Assembly: GCA_951406725.2 (NCBI GenBank)
Contig: OX597818.1
Coordinates: forward strand, 124,806,001-124,870,000
Reading direction: 5' to 3'
Length of the DNA stretch: 64,000 bases
Origin: Octopus vulgaris
Taxonomy: Eukaryota
The translations under genes and the position numbers were made by a program. The notes below the pieces were generated by a model. The model saw only the letters and a list, made by a program, of their open reading frames with translations, was not told where the DNA came from and did no database searches. Of the stretch, positions 1-13,704 are shown piece by piece (position 1 is the first letter of the stretch; each line of letters opens with the position of its first letter).

Positions 1-126
1 GCTCAACTAAAGGCGGTGCTCCAGCATGGCCGCAGTCAAATGACTGAAACAAGTAAAAGAGTAAAAGAGAGTATAGAGTAATCTGAATGTTAAAGGGTTG
101 AACAATTTAACCTCATATACTCATAA

Positions 127-162
<36 letters not shown>

Positions 163-1018
163 GAGAGAGGAGAGAGAGAATCTTACTTTAACACTGTTTG
201 CAAGAGACGATGACAGCGCTGTGCCTCTTGAGAAAATCATCCACTTCAAGTGCCAAGATCAAATTCAGCAAAATGCTATTTGGCAACCCCAAGTGGTAAG
301 ATGACCTCTAGTTGTTTTTATGCAACATAGTTCGGCATCAAGAAATTTCTTGGTGACACCCGACTGTGAATGAATCCTCTGCACACTGCGTCAATGGAAC
401 TGTACCCAGTAAGACAAGTCTTCCCATAAGTGACTTGAAATTAGACACCAATTGTTTTTATTATCATCGTGGACTAAATTATTAGAAGTAAATCGACATT
501 AACAGTGAAACTTAAATACATTTTTCTTGCTTTAAGTGATGCACTTGAGTTAGCTGTAAAATCCCTCTTAGCAAGTAAGGGAAGTGATTAAATAGTAGGC
601 TTTCATTTGACAGGTCCTGTACTTTTTAACTGAATATCATTGCTTCAGAACATTACTTTTGTTTCTCAATGAATTTAACACAAGAGTCACAATTGAAGGC
701 CATTAGGATGCTGACCTACTAGCTGCAAGGGTCACCAGTTGATATCTTATTACCCAGTGATGCACAGCACCCTTGGTAATTATCTAGGGTAACCAAATGT
801 ATATAACTATAATGTGCAGGAATACAGATCACTAGTGAAAATGCGTTAACAGATACACAAACACAGTGTGTGTGTGTGTAGAGAGAGAGGGAGAGAGAGA
901 GAAGTTCAAACAAACAGATAAAGATGTTAGGTCTAAATGTACAAAATATACATGTATATGTGTAAAAAGCGAAGGCAGGCTTAAAATTTTCAGATGAAAA
1001 CAATAAAGTATATGTGTG

Positions 1019-1069
<51 letters not shown>

Positions 1070-1179
1070 GAACCATTATGTGGAAACCCTTATGCTAGAA
1101 AAAGATTTGCTATGGTCTCAACCACTAAGAATTGTTCTCCAGAAAATTTAGCACACCAGAAACGTAAGCGATTTTGATT

Positions 1180-1221
<42 letters not shown>

Positions 1222-2472
1222 ATATATTAACAGAGCAAACTTACATTAAAGAGACTCAAAGAATTAGAGAGGAAAAGGCATTACAAGTCCAACAACTGTT
1301 TCTTAGGGCTTGGAGTTACTTCATAATGTTGGTAGATTTAATACATGCATACATATGTATATGCATGCATGTATGTATGTATGTATGTGTATGTATATAC
1401 ATATATATATATTATATTGGGCTGGTGCATAATTATTGCAGGTTTTTTCAACAAATTTTATTCAGCTCAGAACAATACAGGCCAGTGTAGCAGTGATAGC
1501 AAAAGACCAAGTAAGCAGACACTTCATGTGCAAACAGATGCTTCACATGCAAGCAGATACCTCATGCGCAGGTAGGTGCAATGTGCATGTGGTCAGGTGC
1601 CTCACATATGAGCCAGGGGTTAAAGTGATGCAGAATTTTTAGAAAAATCCCTCATACAATGATGGAAGTCATATGTATACTCAATGTAATTCTGAGGAGG
1701 AATGAGCAAAAAATAGTGCAAGACATGGTTGCACTTTTGAAATACAAGTGCAACCCACCTGACAGGCTTTTGTACAGTTTCCATCTATCCAATTTCACTC
1801 ACTGGGAATCAGTTGACCTGAGGTTATAGAAAATGACATCTGCTCAAGATGCCTCACTGTGGAACTGAACCCAAAATTCCTTAACCAATCACCCATACAG
1901 CACCTACAGCAAAATGTAAGTAAACTTGATGAGCTTTGGTCGAGCACCCATGACAACCCACTACAATGAATAATGATCCAACTTGAAAGCTTGCATCATT
2001 TCTTTTCTTCACAACGCTATCATCATAATGCCACTTGCAGCTTTATACACCAAATTGATTCTCGCTAATGCACACTACTGTTAATCTCCTCAAATTCTAG
2101 GAATTAGATTTGATCCAAAATGAGTTAACAAGGTGACTGGATATCAAAAGCATCCACCAGCGTATGGAGCAGAGGTGACCGTACTGATGTAATAATGCAA
2201 TGTAAATGGAAGATGCACTTAACACTAACAACTTCTCAATGAAACAGCAAAGAAAACTATCATTTCTCTTCTTTTTTTCTTTAGTTAAGTATATTGTATA
2301 AAAGAGGAAAATTGACTAAAATTACTATACTTATCACATTCAATGCAATGTTCAGTTAATGTTGTAATAATGATACAGAAGTTGTAGAGTTGCTTTTAGC
2401 AATACTATATAGACTACAGTGAAAATAAATATGCTTCCACAAACAACATATTCAAAATATATGATACATATG

Positions 2473-2930
2473 TCAAATAAAGCACACACATATTTCAAAT
2501 AGAACACAGGCATATTTCAAGTAGAACACGGGCATATATTTCAAATAGAACACGGGCATATATTTCAAATAGAACACGGGCATATATTTCAAATAGAACA
2601 CGGGCATATATTTCAAATAGAACACGGGCATATATTTCAAATAGAACACAGGCATATTTCAAATAGAACACAGGTATATTTCAAATAGAACACAGGCATT
2701 TATTTCAAATAGAACACGGGCATATTTCAAATACAACACAGGCATATATTTCAAATAGAACACAGGCATATTTCAAATAGAACACAGGCATATTTCAAAT
2801 AGAACACAGGCATATTTCAAATAGAACACAGGCATATATTTCAAATAGAACACAGGCATATATTTCAAATAGAACACAGGTATATTTCAAATAGAACACA
2901 GGCATATTCCAAACACAGCACGCATATTTT
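2473..2930. repeat. Minisatellite, 21-23 bp unit TTCAAATAGAACAC(A/G)GGCATA(TA)T
   Basis: About 20 tandem units visible; degenerate CATATTTCAAATA echoes near 3390-3490 and 3900-3940. Confidence 0.95.
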
Positions 2931-4205
2931 AGATGTTGCCATCATTATCATCATCATTTAATATTCACTTTTCCATGCTTGCAAGGGTCTGATGTGATGG
3001 AATTTGTGGAGGTGGATTTTCTCGAGCCAGGTGACCTTCTTGTTGTCAACCCTAAACTTTGTCCAAGTAAGACATGTTTTCATGGAAGATTACAAACACT
3101 GCTTGCATGATGGCAACATTCATTTACAACTATCACGTGAAGTCAAGACAAAGAGACAGTAATACACACACATGTATATTTATGTATATGAAGGGATTCT
3201 TTCAGTTTTCATCTACCAAACCAACTCACAAGGCTTTGATCGACTTGGAGTCATAGTAGAAGACACTTGCCCCAGGTGCCATGCAGTAGGAGTGAACCCA
3301 AGACCATATAGTTTGAAAGCAAATTTCTTACCATACAGCCATGCCAGCACCTAGCCCTAATATGCTTTATATTTTAGGTGTCTTTTTCTTTTCAAATATA
3401 TTAAGCATATTTCAAATATAGCATGCATATTTAGTTCAGATACAGAATACATATTTCAAATATGGTACAGCCATTCCAAACAAAGTATGCATGTTTTAAA
3501 GGCATGGCCGTGTGGTTATGTTTGCTTCCCAACCACACAGTTTCAAATTCAGTCCCATTGCATCGCTCCTTGGGCAAATGTCCACTATAGCCGCAATCCC
3601 ACCAAAGCATTTGACTGAATTTGATAGATGAAACTGAGAGAAACTCAGCATGTGTGTGTAGGCGGCGAAGGTATGTTTATGTCAGTTAGTCTTAACATTG
3701 CACTGTAGTTGTAAACAAGCACCCCTGACATACAAGTGGTGTTGTTCGTTCAATTCTCCAGTGAAAATATGACTGGCCATAGGGAAAAATTTGTTTGGAC
3801 ATAGATGAAGGTTGGTAACAGGAAGGGCATCTTGGCTGTAGAAAATCTGCCTCAATGAATTCCATCTGACCCATACAAACATGATGAGTTCAGGTGCTTC
3901 AAATACATTACTCATATTTCAAATATAGAATACATATTTCACAAACATAAACACATCCAAAACCAAGGAGTTCTCACAAAGAATATCATGAACATTTTTA
4001 CATGCCCGATGAAAGCATTTCTGCTGACCCCCATGAAATAAGTAGACTGGTAATTGTATCAGTTTCATGTTTAATGATCTGATGAGACAAAGCATCATTA
4101 ACATTCAAGCAATGTGCATCTTAGGTTCATCAATAACATTGGTTTCGAATTTTGGCACAAGGCCAGCAATTTTAGGGGAGGGGTTAAGTTGATTAATCAA
4201 CTTAA

Positions 4206-4425
4206 CCCCTTAGCATTTAAACCAGCCATATCCAGTCCAAATATTCTCCCTGTTTTTATGTTCAAACTGGCCAGATCCAGCCTCTTGCACCTACCCTACA
4301 ATGCCATTCTAGAAATAAAGAAACATATCTTCAAAACCTTGAGGCCACAAGATACAGGATTATTTTTTTTAAATGTGGATAAATAAACATTTTTTGTTAG
4401 ATAAATTAATCTGAATAGTAAAGGG
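4206..4425 (+). mobile_element. piggyBac-type MITE family 2 (CCCTTTAGCA...TGCTAAAGGG)
   Basis: TTAA|CCCCTTAGCATT ... AATAGTAAAGGG|TTAA. Further copies near 4725-4945, 22660-22875, 26805-27615, 28040-28480 and 51000-51980. Confidence 0.7.
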
Positions 4426-5165
4426 TTAAATTAACCCCAGTGCTTAACTGGTACTTATTTTATCAACTCTGAAATGATGAAAAGCAAACTCAGAATGTAA
4501 AGACAAACAAAATGCCACTAAGCATTTCGCCCAGCATGCTAACGATTCTACCAGTTTACCGTCTTACATGTTCGTTAATAATATTAACATATTCTCAATG
4601 AGTGGAGCTTGACTTTAGTTTTAGAATATATTTTTCACTGACCTGTGTACAAGGGCTAACCCAGACATTGTTCTGGGTCTGTTATTCGGTCCCTTAATTT
4701 ATTCATTTGTTGTTTAGTAATTTGACCCTTTAAGATAACACTTTCAAATGTAATGTTTGTTCATTCACCTTGTTTTGAATTTATCATACCTTATATTGTA
4801 GTTTAGACATTTTGAAGATGTAATTGCTTATTTTTAGAACAACATTGTAGAGTATGTGTGAGAAGCCGGATTTGGCCTGTTTGAATGCAAAGCAGATAGA
4901 ATAATATTTGGGTGGATATGGCGAGTTTAAATGCTAAAGGATTAATAAAAAGAGGAAGAAAGGCAGTATTCTTCCTCTTTCTTACAAGCCCTGTTACACT
5001 TGAAGGACTGAGTAAAGTTAAGATTAAAAGACTTCATTTCTTTTTCTGCTTAACATTTTACAACAACATGTTTACACTTAACTCTTAATACCAACCCATG
5101 TGAAATCACTCATATACTAAAATGTTTATATTCAAATTAAACTGTCACTTAAAGTCCTATAACAA

Positions 5166-5386
5166 CCCTTTCGTTACTAACCTGGCCAAAACCGGCTCTG
5201 GCTCTGTAGTACAAATGTCTTGTTTTCATAAGTTTTGCATCAAAATATACCACCAAACATTAGTCACAATTTATGTTCCTAACACTAGCTTAATGATAGC
5301 TAAGTTATTTTACTAAATTCTTTGTTATATTTAAAATAATTGAACGAAACACAGAGCATCTCAAAATAAATACGGTAACGAAAGGG
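5166..5386 (+). mobile_element. piggyBac-type MITE family 1 (TIR CCCTTTCGTTAC)
   Basis: Perfect TIRs CCCTTTCGTTAC / GTAACGAAAGGG followed by TTAA; very similar copy at 21795-22016. Confidence 0.8.
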
Positions 5387-5566
5387 TTAATGATATTTTA
5401 GGCTTTCATTTAATTAATACCAATGATACACATCAGTGCATTGTTACAGATATTTTACTAAAGCCCTCTAAATTTTTAATTACTTCGTTAATTAAATGAA
5501 ACACAGAAGTCTACTCATTTGAAATATAGTAATGAAAGGATTAAATAAATTGTTGGTGTAATAGAA

Positions 5567-5955
5567 GGAAAGGAAGGAAGCACTCCGTCGGTTACGACGA
5601 TGAGGGTTCCGGTTGATCCGAATCAACGGAACCCTCATGAAATTAACGTGTAAGGGGCTGAGCACTCCACAGACACGTGCACCCTTAACGTAGTTCTCGG
5701 GGATATTCAGCATGACACAGAGAGTGACAAGGCCGGCCCTTTGAAATACAGGTACAACAGAAACAGGAAGTAAGAGTGAGAGAAAGTTGTGGTGAAAGAG
5801 TACAGCAGGGATCACCACCATCCCCTGCCGGAGCCTCGTGGAGCTTTTAGGTGTTTTCGCTCAATAAACACTCACAACGCCCGGTCTGGGAATCGAAACC
5901 ACGATCCTATGACCACGAGTCCGCTGCCCTAACCACTGGGCCATTGCGCCTCCAC
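5567..5955 (-). mobile_element. tRNA-headed SINE (family B), full length
   Basis: Minus-strand head GGCGCAATGGCCCAGTGGTTAGG...GGTTTCGATTCCC (Pol III A/B boxes), (CTTC)n tail, 12-bp TSD GGTGTAATAGAA at 5555-5566 and 5956-5967. Confidence 0.85.
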
Positions 5956-7644
5956 GGTGTAATAGAAACAGAGGTAAGGAAAAGAGGGAAAAATTCCAAA
6001 ACTCATGAAGATATTTTCTCTCCTTTTATTCTCATTATATCAGCACCACTTCTGCTAATTACTCTTCAAACTGACATTAACCATCAATAAATTTAATTTT
6101 CACAATTAGATGTCCATTACCAAAATCAACTTTTTTGTTTAGCCACCAGATCTGAATTGATTCAACAGATTTATGATTGAAAGTGCACCTGTAATAACTA
6201 ACCCACCAATATTTTCACGTCCCCAGGTACAGTTGTGTTCCTGTCTTTTAAGGAGTTTGGATATCATTCCAGGTAGACTTTTTGACACTATTTTTAACAA
6301 CTACATATAAATTCTCTTATTGACATGTATAGCAGTTTTCATGTCAGTATGACCAAATTGTGGAGAGAGAAGCTATTAGGTAAATGAAGTAAAATGCTAC
6401 AGGCAGCAATAGAGTATTACTGGACAAACCTGTGACTCTCTTTTACTCTTTTACTTGTTTCAGTCATTTGACTCCGGCCATGCTGGAGCACTGCCTTTAG
6501 TCGAGAAAATCGACCCCGGGACTTATTCTTTGTAAGCCCAGTACTTATTCTATCGGTCTCTTTTGCCAAACTGCTAAGTGACAGGGACGTAAACACACCA
6601 GCATCGGTTGTCAAGCAATGCTAGGGGGACAAACACACACACTTAACACACACACACACATACATACACATATATACATATATACGACAGGCTTCTTTCA
6701 GTTTCCGTCTACCAAATGCATACATGTGTGGTGTGTGTGTGTGTATGTATATGTGTATGTGTGTGTACATATACATGTGTGCATGTGAATGTATATAAAG
6801 TTGATTGTGGACAACCATGTTGTTTTTAATTGTAAATCATCAAACAGCAATGAAGAGGAGACATCTACAGATAAAACACTAAGTGGACAACAAAGTCTGA
6901 CCCAGACCAACATATTGGCTTTTGCTTATCTCTACATATACAAGGTATTAATATATGAAATACTTTTATGTTATACACCTGCTCAAATCGGGATGATGGG
7001 AGCTTTTCAAAGACAACAGAAGCAATTACACAAACACTGACGCAAACACAGACAGATACAAACATACACAGACACACACATACATAGAAAGACAAATATA
7101 CATGCATATATTAGTACACGCACAAGCATATACTCACACATACAAGCATATGCACACACACACACACAGATTACAAAGTACAGGTACAAAGAGAGATACA
7201 CAAACACACATGAACACCTCCAATTATCACTCGCTATTGTTCCCCATGCACATTCCCACATCAACATTATAACATTTGCTAACATTATGTTTCTTACATA
7301 GTACTGGTGGTGGTAGCGGCGGCGGTGGTGGTGGTGGCGGCGGTGGTGGTGGTACGATGTGATCGATTAAAGAGGAAGATGAGGAAGCACTTAAAAAGCT
7401 GCCGATAAGAGTGTGGGATACAAAGAGATTCGCAACACAATCTCTGAAGTACCACATCACTTTAAATCTCTCAAGTATCACTGATTTCTGGAACATTCAA
7501 ATTACAGTTGCAATCAAACAGAACTTGAGACCAGCAGAAGTTAACGGTGGAAGAGGAAGAAGAGAAAGCTAATTGGATCTTTCACTTAATGTACAATAAT
7601 CTTTTTATAGCCTAAATAACTCCCATCCTTTGTGCACATGCACC

Positions 7645-7705
7645 CTGTGTGTGCGTGTGTGTGTGTGTGTGTGCATGTATGTGTGTGTGAGTGTGTGTGT
7701 GTGCA

Positions 7706-7749
<44 letters not shown>

Positions 7750-8018
7750 GACAGATAGATAGATATATAGACAGATAGATAGATAGATATATATATATAG
7801 ACAGATAGATAGATAGATATATATATATAGACAGATAGATAGATAGATATATATATATAGACAGATAGATAGATAGATATATATAGACAGATAGATAGAT
7901 AGATATATATAGACAGATAGATAGATAGATAGATAGATAGATATAGACAGAGAGATAGACAGACAGACAGACATATAGATAGATAGATAGATAGACAGAT
8001 AGATAGATAGACAGATAA

Positions 8019-8055
<37 letters not shown>

Positions 8056-8174
8056 TATATAGATAGACAAACAGACAGACAGACAGACAGATATATAGAT
8101 AGACAGACAGACAGATATATAGATAGACAGACAGATATATAGATAGACAGACAGATATATAGACAGACAGATAT

Positions 8175-8207
<33 letters not shown>

Positions 8208-8234
8208 TAGATAGATAGATATAGATAGATAGAT

Positions 8235-8303
<69 letters not shown>

Positions 8304-8335
8304 CACATACTCACATACACACAAACACACACACA
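7645..8335. repeat. Compound microsatellite (TG)n-(TA)n-(GATA/GACA)n-(CA)n
   Basis: Direct inspection; accounts for the spurious SIYL-repeat ORFs. Confidence 0.97.
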
Positions 8336-9259
8336 AAAGCTTTATATTCACCTTCTGACAGAAATTGGACCAAGCTTAACTATAACAACAGATTGTATGA
8401 ATAACAATTACGTCTAACCCTAATACTAACTCCACTTAGGATCAGAATCTGTATAATCTTTGTAAAGCACACCAAAGAAAAATCAAACAATATACAAATA
8501 AAGCACAGAGATATAACTACAGCAAGAAATCCAATTTAGCATGACTGGGGAAATTCCCACATCAGCTGCCTAATGGATATCATTGTGATTTCGACACCCA
8601 AGGCAGAATCACTACTGCTGTTAGTGTTAAACAGCCTTAGAAAAAAAATTACTGTTGAGAATATACAAACCCAATGCTTATACCTGGTTCACAAATCATT
8701 AACGCATTATAAATATCAACACATAAGACAAAACATACGCATAATCACAATCAGTTCAAATGACAACAAAATTCAACTATGGTAATCCTTTGTAGCACTG
8801 TTAAAAATCCCTTGCAGGACCAAAATAGCAGCAAAAAATTTCTGGTTGTACTCCAAATGGTAAATTTCTGGTTGTACTCCAATTGGTAAACACACTCACA
8901 TAAAATCATAAATTTTCGGAGGGGATATACCCCACTCAAAAAAACAAAACAAAACACAATTCTCACAACACAGTGAGTCTTTCTGCACGACCACAGGCAG
9001 GCAAATAACCCAGTGGAGACCCTTGCTCGTCAAAAATTATTAATTATGAACCAACAGACTCCACTAAGCTCTCTCCCACCCCAAAAAAAAACCAAACGCC
9101 TTACCTGTAGTCGTGCTTCAGATTTTCAATATTTCTACGTCGAATGATGTGACTTCGGATCATATAAAAACGTGACCTCTTCTGTTGTGAAGTAAGTAAG
9201 CTACTAACCACACAGCGACTCCTGTGCCTATATATATATATACATTTATATATATACAC

Positions 9260-10146
9260 ACCATTCAAGTGTGATCGTTACCGCGTCGCCTTACTAGCAC
9301 TTGTGCTGGTGGCACATGAAACATTCAAGCGAGGTCGCCACCAGTGCTGCTGGACTGGCTCCTGTGCAGGTGGCACGTAAAAAGCACCATTTGGGTGTGG
9401 CCATTGCCAGTACCACCAAACTGGCCCTCATGCTAGTGGCACATAAAAGCACCAACTACACTCTCGGAGAGGTTGGTGCTAGGAAGGGCATCCAGCTGTA
9501 GAAACTCTGCCAAATCAGATCGGAGTCTGGTTCGCCAGAACTCAGTCAAATCGTCCAACCCATGCTAGCATGGAACGCGGACGTTAAACAATGATGACAT
9601 CACCAGTGCCACCGGACTGGCTCTTGTGCAGGTGGCACGTAAAAAGCACCATTTGGGTGTGGCCGTTGCCAGTACCACAAAACTGGCCCTCGTGCCAGTG
9701 GCACGTAAAAGCACCCACTACACTCTCGGAGTGGTTGGCGTTAGGAAGGGCATCGAGCTGTAGAAACTCTGCCAAATCAAGATTGGAGCCTGGTTCACCA
9801 GACCTCAGTCAAATCGTCCAACCCATGCTAGCATGGAACGCAGATGTCAAACGATGATGACGTCACCAGTGCCACTGGACTGGCTCCTGAGCAGGTGGCA
9901 CGTAAAAAGCACCATTTGGACGTGGCCATTGCCAGTACCACCAAACTGGCCCTCGTGCCAGTGGCATGTAGAAGCACCCACTACACTCTCGGAGAGGTTG
10001 GCGTTAGGAAGGGCATCCAGCTGTAGAAACTCTGCCAAATCAAGATTGGAGCCTGATGCAACCATCTGGTTCGCCAGACCTCAGTCAAATCGTCCAACCC
10101 ATGCTAGCATGGAAAGCGGACGTTAAATGATGATGATGATGATGAT
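9260..10146 (+). mobile_element. RTE-LINE 3' UTR, terminal ~255 bp present three times in tandem
   Basis: Three head-to-tail units, each with GTGGCACGTAAAA(A)GCACC cores, GTTAGGAAGGGCATCCAGCTGTAGAAAC, CCATGCTAGCATGG and a (GAT)n tail. Confidence 0.8.
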
Positions 10147-10819
10147 ATATGCATACATGCACACGCAAGCACAAGCAATGAGCTATATAATACTAAAAGC
10201 AGATTTCTCACTAAAAGTTGAAACTTCATTGCAATAAGTTAAATCAACTAGAAATGACTGCAACACAGCTGTAATATGAATATACTTCTAGAACATTAAA
10301 ACAAGCCAATTGCGTAATTAAATGAGAGAATAAATATGACATTAAGCAATAATAAAATACATGTTACTGTCTTCCTTTCATTTATCAAACAGGCAGAGAT
10401 GACTAAAGTCTACAAAAGAACGACTCATACTGTAAGGAAAATATATAAACCAAAAAGACATTTGCAAAGATGCCATTTTAGTTGCGAGTATCTCATTTAC
10501 TCAAACTGTTAGCTACTTCCTATTCATAACAAATATACATGTATATCTTTTATCTTTTACTTGTTCCAGCCATTAGACTACGGCCATGCTGGAGCACTGC
10601 CTTGAAGAATTTTTAGTCAAATGAATCAACCCCCAGTGCCTATTTCGTTAGTACTTATTCTGCTGGTCTCCTTTACCTGAGCGCTGTTACAGGAATGTAA
10701 ACACACCAACACCAGTTGTCAAGCGGAACTGGACAAACATGAAGACACACACACACACACACACATATATATACAAAACACACACGCACGTGCACACAAC
10801 ACACACACACAACAAGCTT

Positions 10820-10862
<43 letters not shown>

Positions 10863-11199
10863 TTCAGCAAAAGTTTAGATTCAAATGAATATGGTACTTA
10901 ATTTAGATGCACCAGAATTCTGTATGGTGTTATCCATAAAAATCCATGGGGTGATTATAATCAAAATAAGCACCATGAATGTAGTACGAAACGATCGTAC
11001 CAAATTACCGGAGTCATTTTTGTTGCTTATTTTGATTATATATATATATATATAGTTGAAATTTACAGAAAAACAAAAGATGAAGATATGTGTATAAAGA
11101 ACAAGCAGGTGTATTAGTTTGACACTCGGGAAGATGAGAAATTCTTTTACATTTCAAGCCTACACTCTTCAACAGAAAGGAACAGACATACATATATGT

Positions 11200-12057
11200 A
11201 CCTACTGTCATCTGAATCATGTGTTGGGTCCAGTATTGTGGAGAGAAGGGTTTTACGTTTTGAGTATTGTGGAGAAGAGGATGTCTAGTTCCTTTTTGAA
11301 GACGTCTACTTCCACCTTATGCAGATTTCCTCATTTTTGTGGCAGGACATGGCAGTTCTGTGGACTTTGAACCCTAGACTATTGGTACAATACAAAGGCA
11401 GCCAATTCTGGCATTTTTATAACACTCAATGCCAAAATTAGGCACTAACTCCTCCAGCATTTTCCATATGTAGACTACTGCATATCTCTTACACCTTTGC
11501 TCCAGGGAGTAAAGTTGCAATTTTCTCAGCCTATCCCCGTAGCTCATCAGCTGCACTGTTTTAATCATTTTAGTGTAGTGACATTGAACTGCCTGTTAGT
11601 TTAGCACTATGTGGTGACCATAACTGGGAGCAGTAGTCCAGGTGCCTGAGAACAAAGGTTCTCCACAGGGTCAACATAGTTTTCTGGTCTCTTGTCTTCA
11701 AGGACCTCAGTATCCATCCTGCCAGTTGTCTGCACTTTGCTGCCAGCTTGGTAATGTGCATATAAAATGCATTATTGCACATACTGATCACCACTGCCTG
11801 TGACACTGGAATTGTAGTGCCTTTGGGTCCTTTATATGCAGGCTATAGTGAATTCATGAATTGATAGTGCAGTGCTTGAAATTTTCCAGCATTAAACTGC
11901 ATGTTATTTATTTTGGTTCACTTGCATATTGAATTCAGGTCCTGCTGTAAGCATGCGACGTCATCTTGGTTTTTTTTATTGCTTATGATAATTTTGTATC
12001 ATCAGCATAGCGAGTGACAGAGGCTGTCCAAGTGACCGTGGGCATGTCTAAGAGTGC
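11200..12057 (-). mobile_element. CR1/L2-type LINE ORF2 3' fragment (decayed reverse transcriptase)
   Basis: YADDTK at ~11993-12010, then KCRQLAGWILRS...LDYCSQLWSP and SYGDRLRKLQLYSLEQR, broken by stops and frameshifts. Confidence 0.85.
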
Positions 12058-12094
12058 TATATATATACACACACACACATATGTATGTATATAT

Positions 12095-12469
12095 TCTTTT
12101 ACCTATTTCAGTCATTTGACTGTGGCCATGCTGAAGCACCACCTTTAGTTGAGCAAATCGACCCCAAAACTTATTCTTTGTAAGCCTAGTGCTTATTTTA
12201 ACGGTCTCTTTTGCTGAACTGCTAAGTTATGGGGACATAAACACACCAGCATCGGTTGTCAAGCGATGTTGGGGGGACAAACACAGACACACAAACACAC
12301 ACATATATACATTGGGCTTCTTTCAGTTTCCATCTACCAAATTCACTCACAAGGTTTGGTCGGCCTGAGGCTATAGTAGAAGACACTTGCCCAAGGTGCC
12401 ATGCAGTGGGACTGAACCTGGAACTATGTGGTTGGTAAGCAAGCGACTTACCACACAGCCACTCCTGCA

Positions 12470-12471
<2 letters not shown>
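12095..12471 (-). mobile_element. tRNA-headed composite SINE (family A, ~400 bp, internal TA/TG microsatellite)
   Basis: Head GGAGTGGCTGTGTGGTAAG...GGTTCAGTCCC, CORE-like CCTTGGGCAAGT, tail ...CAGTCAAATGACTGAAA...GTAAAAGA. More than 20 full or partial copies in the window, including 1-70, 6436-6715, 10545-10810 and 12885-13233. Confidence 0.85.
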
Positions 12472-12501
<30 letters not shown>

Positions 12502-12502
<1 letters not shown>

Positions 12503-12882
12503 TAGCAGTATCGCCCGGCGTTGCTCAGGTTTGTAAGGGAAATAACTATAAAGCATTTTTAGAAAGTTATAGCCAAAAAATAGCAAAAAAATGGGAAAAA
12601 ATGATGGTAAATTTTTTTTTTAGTTAAAAAAGGTGGAGTTGCGTCCCCTAGACAGTTTGCGGTTTGTGTTTCTGATTCTTGACCCCATGTCGAATTTATC
12701 GATTTTTCAGAACTGGGGGAACTTTTCAAAATTTTGGCTGCGTTAGTTTTGAATTATGACATTGGGCTATGTGTGTGTCAAGTTTCATCAGAATCGGTTG
12801 AAAGCCGTGGTCAGGGCGAGGGTACAAGCAAACAGACACACAGAAACACGCACAGACAAACTGCCGTTTATATAGAGAGAGA
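12502..12882 (-). mobile_element. Non-autonomous Helitron
   Basis: Minus strand starts A|TCTCTCTCTATATAAA and ends with a short GC hairpin (CCTGAGCAACGCCGGG) plus CGATACTGCTAG|T; A/T insertion site, no TSD. Confidence 0.8.
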
Positions 12883-13704
12883 TATCATTTGACTGTGGCC
12901 ATGCTGGAGCACTGCCTTGAGGGGTTTTAGCTGAACAGATCAACCCCAGGACTTTTATTTATTTTTTTTTTTTTGAAGACTAGTACTTATTCTATCAGTC
13001 TCTTTTTCTGAACCACTAATGTTCCGGGGACATAAACACACCAACACCCGTTGTCAAGCAGTGATAGGGGTAAAACACAGACACAAACACACACACACAC
13101 ACACTCACATATAAGGCTTTGGTTGACTGGAGCCTATAGTAGAAGACACTTGCCTAAAGTGCCACACAGTGAGACTGAACCCAGAACCATGTGGTTGGGA
13201 GGAAAGCTTCTTACCACACAGCCATGCCTGCACCTAGATAAGTTCCTAATTCATTTTCTTTGCTTTGAGAAAGGTGGTGGTGTTGGTAGTAGTAAATAAA
13301 ATAAATACCAGTAATTTTATTGGGTTTGAAAAGAAAAGGTGACCGGATGAGGTGGTTGTGGTGGGGGGTGCAGACACAAATGTGACCCAATGTTAAACCT
13401 ACATGAAGAAATGTCTCAAAACTCTCTAACTAATAAATATGCACTGATGAATAAATAAATAAAAACATTCTTCCACACTACAGCTATCATTAACATCCAA
13501 CATCAAAATGAAAAATATTTAAATGTAAAAATTCTAATTTCAATTTTAAGCATTCTGGTGGCTTTCTTTTGATAGTTATTTTATTTCATTCTTTAATAAC
13601 ATAACTTTTTGTCATTTTTTAAAAAATTATTTTAATTTTATTTTTTCTTTCTTTCTTTCTTTTCAACAATGCTGAATAAGGAGAAAAGTTAATTTTATTC
13701 AATA

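Noticed and set aside
181-330. Minus-strand GTAAGA donor-like site with a short upstream frame
   Set aside because: Frames contain stops or are not tetraspanin-like (no CCG or YRDD motif).
7363-7572. Open frames on both strands (SIKEEDEEALKKLP... and KSVILERFKVMWYFRD...)
   Set aside because: No convincing paired splice sites and no similarity to the expected tetraspanin EC2 exon.
7586-8351. 248-aa ORFs, and similar ones at 52641-53437 and 63117-63860
   Set aside because: Translations of microsatellites.
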